DNA of 64,000 nucleotides from Clostridia bacterium (GTDB lineage Bacteria; Bacillota; Clostridia; Peptostreptococcales; Caminicellaceae): NCBI GenBank assembly GCA_022361035.1, contig JAKSBP010000285.1, positions 607 to 64,606 of the forward strand, read 5' to 3'. Shown piece by piece: positions 60,199 to 64,000 of this stretch (position 1 is its first letter; each line of letters starts with the position of its first letter). The notes under the pieces were generated by a model. It saw only the letters and a program-made list of their open reading frames with translations, ran no database searches and was not told where the DNA came from. The position numbers and the translations under genes were made by a program.

Positions 60199-60654
60199 CT
60201 ATAGCTGTTCATTTATAGAAGAATCATTTACTAAATCCAGTTGAGATTCAAGTAAGGTTTTGAATCTAGTCTTAAATATTTGAAAATCTTTTTTTGAGTT
60301 TTCATATTCTTTTCTTACGTTTATTACTTCATTATTTGCCTCTTCAATAATCTTCTTACCCTTTTCCTCAGCTTCTCTAATAATCAATTCAGCCTTTTGG
60401 TTTGCATTTATAGCTACTTCTTCAGCGGTACTTTGTGCTAATATTAAAGTATCCCTGAGGGTTTTTTCCAAGCTATTATATTTATCTAATTGTTCCTGTA
60501 ATAATCTAATTTTTTCCTTAGACTCAATATTTTCATTATAAACCCTTTCGTAGCTTTCAATAATCCTATCTAAAAACTCATCAACTTCAATTTCTTTATA
60601 ACCTCTTAAACCCTTCGTAAATTCCTTATTCTGAATGTCTAATGGTGTTATCAT
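60199..60654 (-). CDS. divIVA: Cell-division protein DivIVA
   Basis: ITPLDI.NKEF.K.LRGY...EVDEFLD N-terminus plus a coiled coil. ATG at 60654 after GGGGGAA. Confidence 0.93.
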   Translation of the reverse strand: MITPLDIQNKEFTKGLRGYKEIEVDEFLDRIIESYERVYNENIESKEKIRLLQEQLDKYNSLEKTLRDTLILAQSTAEEVAINANQKAELIIREAEEKGKKIIEEANNEVINVRKEYENSKKDFQIFKTRFKTLLESQLDLVNDSSINEQL

Positions 60655-60666
60655 TTTTTCCCCCAA

Positions 60667-61458
60667 TCATATAAATTTTTTTATTAATATTTTATACCTA
60701 TCTTTTTTTGTTTTACCTAAAACCTTTTCTAAAAGGATTCTGCCCTTACCTCTGTAGGATATTAAATCCCCTTCTTTGACATTATAGGAAGGTGTGAGAA
60801 TTGGAATAAAATTCACCTTTACCTTTTCCTTTCTTATATCCTCTACAGTTCTATTTCTTGATTCATTAAATCCAACTGACGAAACAGAATCTAATCTTAA
60901 GGATTTGACTGTATCGGTTATTAGCTTAAATTCATTTTCCCTAGGAATAATATTATGGATTTCATCTATATAGGCCTTTACTTTGAATCTGCCGATTTGA
61001 GTCAAATTCAATTCTATGTAGCTAGCAACTTCTTCTAATACAATAATCTGAAGCATATCTCCACTAATTATAATATCACCTATTTTTTCCCGTTTTAATC
61101 CTAATCCTAAAATAGTTCCCAAAACTTCTCTATGATTAAATTCCTTTCCCCTGGGAAAATCCTCTATTTTGAGAACCTTAAGAGGTAAAAGGTCGTGGCT
61201 TTTATGGTAATAATCTGGATAGATAATTATTACTTTTCTCTCTGCATCCTTATATCCACCTGTAATAATGTATTTTACATGACTATAGTTATTTTCTAAA
61301 ACATCATTACAAATTGATGCTATATATGGATCGACAAAGTTTGTATTTTTAAATATATTTTTCTCTATGGATGTCTCAATTCTATCCAATAACCTAAACA
61401 ACTCTGTTTCATACTTATCTCTTAGGAAAAACCTTGCTGATATATCATTTCGGTTCAA
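60667..61458 (-). CDS. ylmH: YlmH-like RNA-binding protein (S4 domain)
   Basis: 263 aa with a C-terminal S4-like segment (RLD......F..SR......I....V.VN); dcw-cluster synteny. Confidence 0.88.
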   Translation of the reverse strand: MNRNDISARFFLRDKYETELFRLLDRIETSIEKNIFKNTNFVDPYIASICNDVLENNYSHVKYIITGGYKDAERKVIIIYPDYYHKSHDLLPLKVLKIEDFPRGKEFNHREVLGTILGLGLKREKIGDIIISGDMLQIIVLEEVASYIELNLTQIGRFKVKAYIDEIHNIIPRENEFKLITDTVKSLRLDSVSSVGFNESRNRTVEDIRKEKVKVNFIPILTPSYNVKEGDLISYRGKGRILLEKVLGKTKKDRYKILIKKFI

Positions 61459-61471
61459 AACATCACACTTT

Positions 61472-61732
61472 CTATAACAACCTTAAAATTATATTTCTCA
61501 GTATATTTAGAGTCACAATAGCAAAAATAGGAGAAAAATCTATCATAAGCCTAATTCCTAACCTTTCTTGAATAGCTCTAAAAGGAGCTAAGATTGGTTC
61601 TGTCAATTGATATAAAAAATTATAGATTGGATTTGAATAATCACGGCTAAACCATGAGAATAATGCCCTTGCAATTATAAGAAAGTTTATCACTTCAATA
61701 AAGTAGCTAATAGCTGACCTCAACCTCCACAC
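61472..61732 (-). CDS. yggT: YggT/YlmG family membrane protein
   Basis: 86-aa two-TM protein; I.ARALFSW.........LTEP.L.P.R motif. Confidence 0.9.
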   Translation of the reverse strand: MWRLRSAISYFIEVINFLIIARALFSWFSRDYSNPIYNFLYQLTEPILAPFRAIQERLGIRLMIDFSPIFAIVTLNILRNIILRLL

Positions 61733-61753
61733 GTTATCACCTTCCAGATATGT

Positions 61754-62194
61754 TTATTTTTTCCATGGAAAAATCCCTTTATTATTTAGCTCTTCATTGA
61801 AATTACCTGATATATCAATATTGTTAGGAGCTAAGATAAATATACCTTTAGATACTTTTTGAATTTGTCCATCCAATGCATAAATAGAACCATTTAAGAA
61901 ATCAAATATTTTTCTAGCTAATTCCTGATCTAATTTTTCAAGATTTATTATCACTGGCTTCCTATTTTTTAAATTATCTACGATAAGTGGAGCCTCTTCA
62001 AACTCTATTGGCTCATATATTACTACATTCATTTGTTTATTAGTATGTATATTTACTATTTTATTCTTTACATTTTGACTTGAACTAATGGAATTATGTA
62101 GTGATTCTTCAATCTCATCTTCGTGAACCTCTTCTTCTTCATACTCATCTAATCCCATAAAAAACTTTACTTTATCTATAAATTTGCCTGACAT
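61754..62194 (-). CDS. sepF: Cell-division protein SepF
   Basis: MSGKFIDKVK.FMGL N-terminus and a C-terminal SepF domain. ATG at 62194 after GAGGAGG. The 28-aa extension in the track ORF is spurious. Confidence 0.93.
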   Translation of the reverse strand: MSGKFIDKVKFFMGLDEYEEEEVHEDEIEESLHNSISSSQNVKNKIVNIHTNKQMNVVIYEPIEFEEAPLIVDNLKNRKPVIINLEKLDQELARKIFDFLNGSIYALDGQIQKVSKGIFILAPNNIDISGNFNEELNNKGIFPWKK

Positions 62195-62309
62195 AAAATA
62201 CCTCCTCATACACTCTTTTATGAAGTTTAATTGCTCTCTACAATTATTTACCTCAAAAAAATCTAACTTTAAAAACAAAAAACTTAATTTCTCAAATTCC
62301 TTGGAGCTG

Positions 62310-62456
62310 TCTCATGAAACCATCTTATAAATTCAGCCCCTGGGTACTTTAGAATAAATGAAGCTTAGGTTCCGAAGTTACAGGGCTTTGTCTAGTACTT
62401 ACCTACGTGCCAAGCCACTGTAATTTCAAGCAACGCAGAAATTCACCATTCTGAGA
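62310..62456 (-). ncRNA. Candidate structured RNA domain in the yggS-sepF spacer (unknown class)
   Basis: GC-enriched. Closing stem ucucagaa / uuc(a)ugaga, inner hairpins aauuuc/gaaauu and uuacag(u)ggc/gcccuguaa, and an alternative pairing of agcccug with cagg(g)gcu. Confidence 0.3.
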
Positions 62457-62466
62457 TACTAGTCTC

Positions 62467-63165
62467 TTATCTATTATAATCTCTTTCCCCAAATATGCCT
62501 GTCCCAATTCTAATCATATTTGAACCTTCTTCAATGGCAACCATATAGTCATTAGTCATACCCATTGAAAGGTAATTCATGCTAACCTTTTGAAAAGAAG
62601 AATTTTTCAAACTATCGTATATTTTCTTCATTTTTTTAAAGTAGGGTCTAACAACTTCAGGGTCCTCTACATATGGGACCATCGCCATTAAACCTTGAAC
62701 CCTTATATTTCCAAGGTCAGAAATCTCTTTTATAGTATTATCTATTTTATTGCTAGATAATCCAAATTTTGTTTCTTCGTCGGCAACATTTATCTGAATC
62801 AGTATATCAATAATCTTATTAATTTTTTTTGCCCTTTTATCAATTTCTTTAGCTAAACGAATACTGTCTACAGAGTGTATTAAATCTACTTTGTCAATAA
62901 TATACTTTACTTTATTAGTTTGAAGATGGCCTATCATATGCCACTGAGTTTCATACTCTATTTTATCATATTTTTCCATTATTTCTTGAACCTTATTTTC
63001 ACCAATAATTTTTATTCCCATTTTTAGAGCAGCGTTCATTTGTTCTGTATCAATGGTTTTAGTTACTGCAATGAGATTTATTTCTTCTGGATTTCTATTA
63101 ATTTTCTTACATGCATTATTTATATTATTTTTAATAAAATTAATATTAGTTTCAATCCTATTCAT
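62467..63165 (-). CDS. yggS: YggS/YlmE family pyridoxal-phosphate homeostasis protein
   Basis: L.AVTKT, GEN.VQE, HMIGHLQ.NK and LSMGM..DY..AIE.G...IRIG. ATG at 63165 after AAGGAGG. Confidence 0.94.
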   Translation of the reverse strand: MNRIETNINFIKNNINNACKKINRNPEEINLIAVTKTIDTEQMNAALKMGIKIIGENKVQEIMEKYDKIEYETQWHMIGHLQTNKVKYIIDKVDLIHSVDSIRLAKEIDKRAKKINKIIDILIQINVADEETKFGLSSNKIDNTIKEISDLGNIRVQGLMAMVPYVEDPEVVRPYFKKMKKIYDSLKNSSFQKVSMNYLSMGMTNDYMVAIEEGSNMIRIGTGIFGERDYNR

Positions 63166-63289
63166 TTCAAGCCTCCTTCTCAAGATCAAAAGAGTATGGA
63201 TATTCCCTTTTACAATTTAATATTTTTAAATAAAGAATATATGAGCTCCCATTGTTTTCTTTAAAAAACATTATCTTTAAATATCTTTT

Positions 63290-64000
63290 TTAATAAACAA
63301 TGTCTCCTTCTTTATATTTTTTTCCATATCTTAAAACTTCATCATATAGCTTTACTGTCCTCACACGTTTTGAAGAGTCGCCTTCTTTAACCTCAAAGTA
63401 ATTTATCTCTACTATTACATAATCGTCGTCATAGCCTAAAACCTTTATAGGCCTAAATATTGCTTTTCTATTAACACTTAATAAAAAGACTCCCATTTCT
63501 CCATCTCTTTCTACAACGGAATCTCTATGAATTTTTAAGCCTTCACGATGCTCCCTTATTACTTTAAAATTGGCCTTTCTTATATTATTAAAACCACTTA
63601 CATATTGATTTGTCCTTACTATTATAAAGCTTTTAGTATCATCTTGAATTTTATCAGTAATTTTTCCTGTAATTCTCGACTCTAAAATATCTACAGACAC
63701 TTTTTTACCTATTTCAAAGGAATTTGCATCATCAAAATCAGTAATAATCACAATATACCAAGCTGTATTATCTGTTATTTTAAATATTGACTGGTTAAAT
63801 ATTACTTTATCATATCTTAATTTATCGGAATTAGACTCTATACCTTTAATAAATTCATATTTTATATTTGCAAGATTTTGTGGAGTTAATATTTCTTCAT
63901 AGCCATCTATATAGTAGCTAATTATACCGGATTCAGGACTATTAATTTGTAAAATAGAATTTTTTATCCTTGTTTCTAATTTATTTTTTTCACCCTTTAG
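63290..64000 (-). CDS. HlyD-like membrane-fusion/barrel-sandwich protein, C-terminal part (5' end beyond the right edge)
   Basis: The reading frame stays open from 63751 to the window edge (my translation reads ...GEKNKLETRIKNSILQINSPESGIISYYIDGYEE...), so the track start (GTG) is internal. The family assignment is from memory of Clostridial synteny. Confidence 0.6.
   Translation of the reverse strand, partial: LKGEKNKLETRIKNSILQINSPESGIISYYIDGYEEILTPQNLANIKYEFIKGIESNSDKLRYDKVIFNQSIFKITDNTAWYIVIITDFDDANSFEIGKKVSVDILESRITGKITDKIQDDTKSFIIVRTNQYVSGFNNIRKANFKVIREHREGLKIHRDSVVERDGEMGVFLLSVNRKAIFRPIKVLGYDDDYVIVEINYFEVKEGDSSKRVRTVKLYDEVLRYGKKYKEGDIVY

Overview
This window is a conserved core-genome block from a strongly AT-rich, spore-forming Firmicute that looks Clostridia-like. 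About 70 CDS are tightly packed, and all but four (tmcAL, ylbJ, rpmB, rqcH) lie on the minus strand. Reading the minus strand from the right edge to the left, the blocks are:
- Division genes: HlyD-like, yggS, sepF, yggT, ylmH, divIVA.
- mtnN, a DUF5665 protein, a YteA-like protein, rluD, pyrR, then rqcH on the plus strand.
- dapF, yicC, remA, gmk, rpoZ, coaBC, priA, def, fmt, a DUF116 protein, a Zn-peptidase, rsmB, stp, prkC, rsgA, rpe, thiN.
- rpmB (plus), asp23, a DAK2 protein, recG, a SASP, rsmD, coaD, then ylbJ and tmcAL (plus).
- ackA, yceD, rpmF, and the fatty-acid cluster fapR-plsX-fabH-fabK-fabD-fabG-acpP-acpP-fabF.
- rnc, a radical SAM protein, smc, ftsY, ylxM, ffh, rpsP, a KH protein, rimM, trmD, rplS, lepB, rbgA, rnhB, a FliK-like protein, a FlhB-like protein, yraN.

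I found no rRNA, tRNA, CRISPR array, transposase, prophage or recognisable defence genes, and no novel protein-coding system that I can support.

The unusual content is non-coding or small:
1. Family A is a ~150-nt GC-enriched two-hairpin element, present twice inside a 558-nt gap in the rpsP-rimM operon. The two copies differ by compensatory stem changes. Each copy is bracketed by a 22-25-nt direct duplication of a terminator-like hairpin.
2. Family B is a ~180-nt MITE-like long hairpin with 13-bp terminal inverted repeats, present twice. One copy sits where rlmN is normally found.
3. Family C is an AT-rich ~105-140-nt hairpin repeat, present three times.
4. The 272-nt yggS-sepF spacer is GC-enriched and has mutually exclusive pairings.
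5. acpP is tandemly duplicated.
6. Two tandem paralogous small membrane-protein genes, and rpmF, are absent from the ORF track because they are under 60 aa.

Many ORF-track starts are N-terminal over-extensions. I corrected them where a Shine-Dalgarno sequence identifies the real start. Every functional call rests on my own recognition of translated motifs and synteny; no database search was run.
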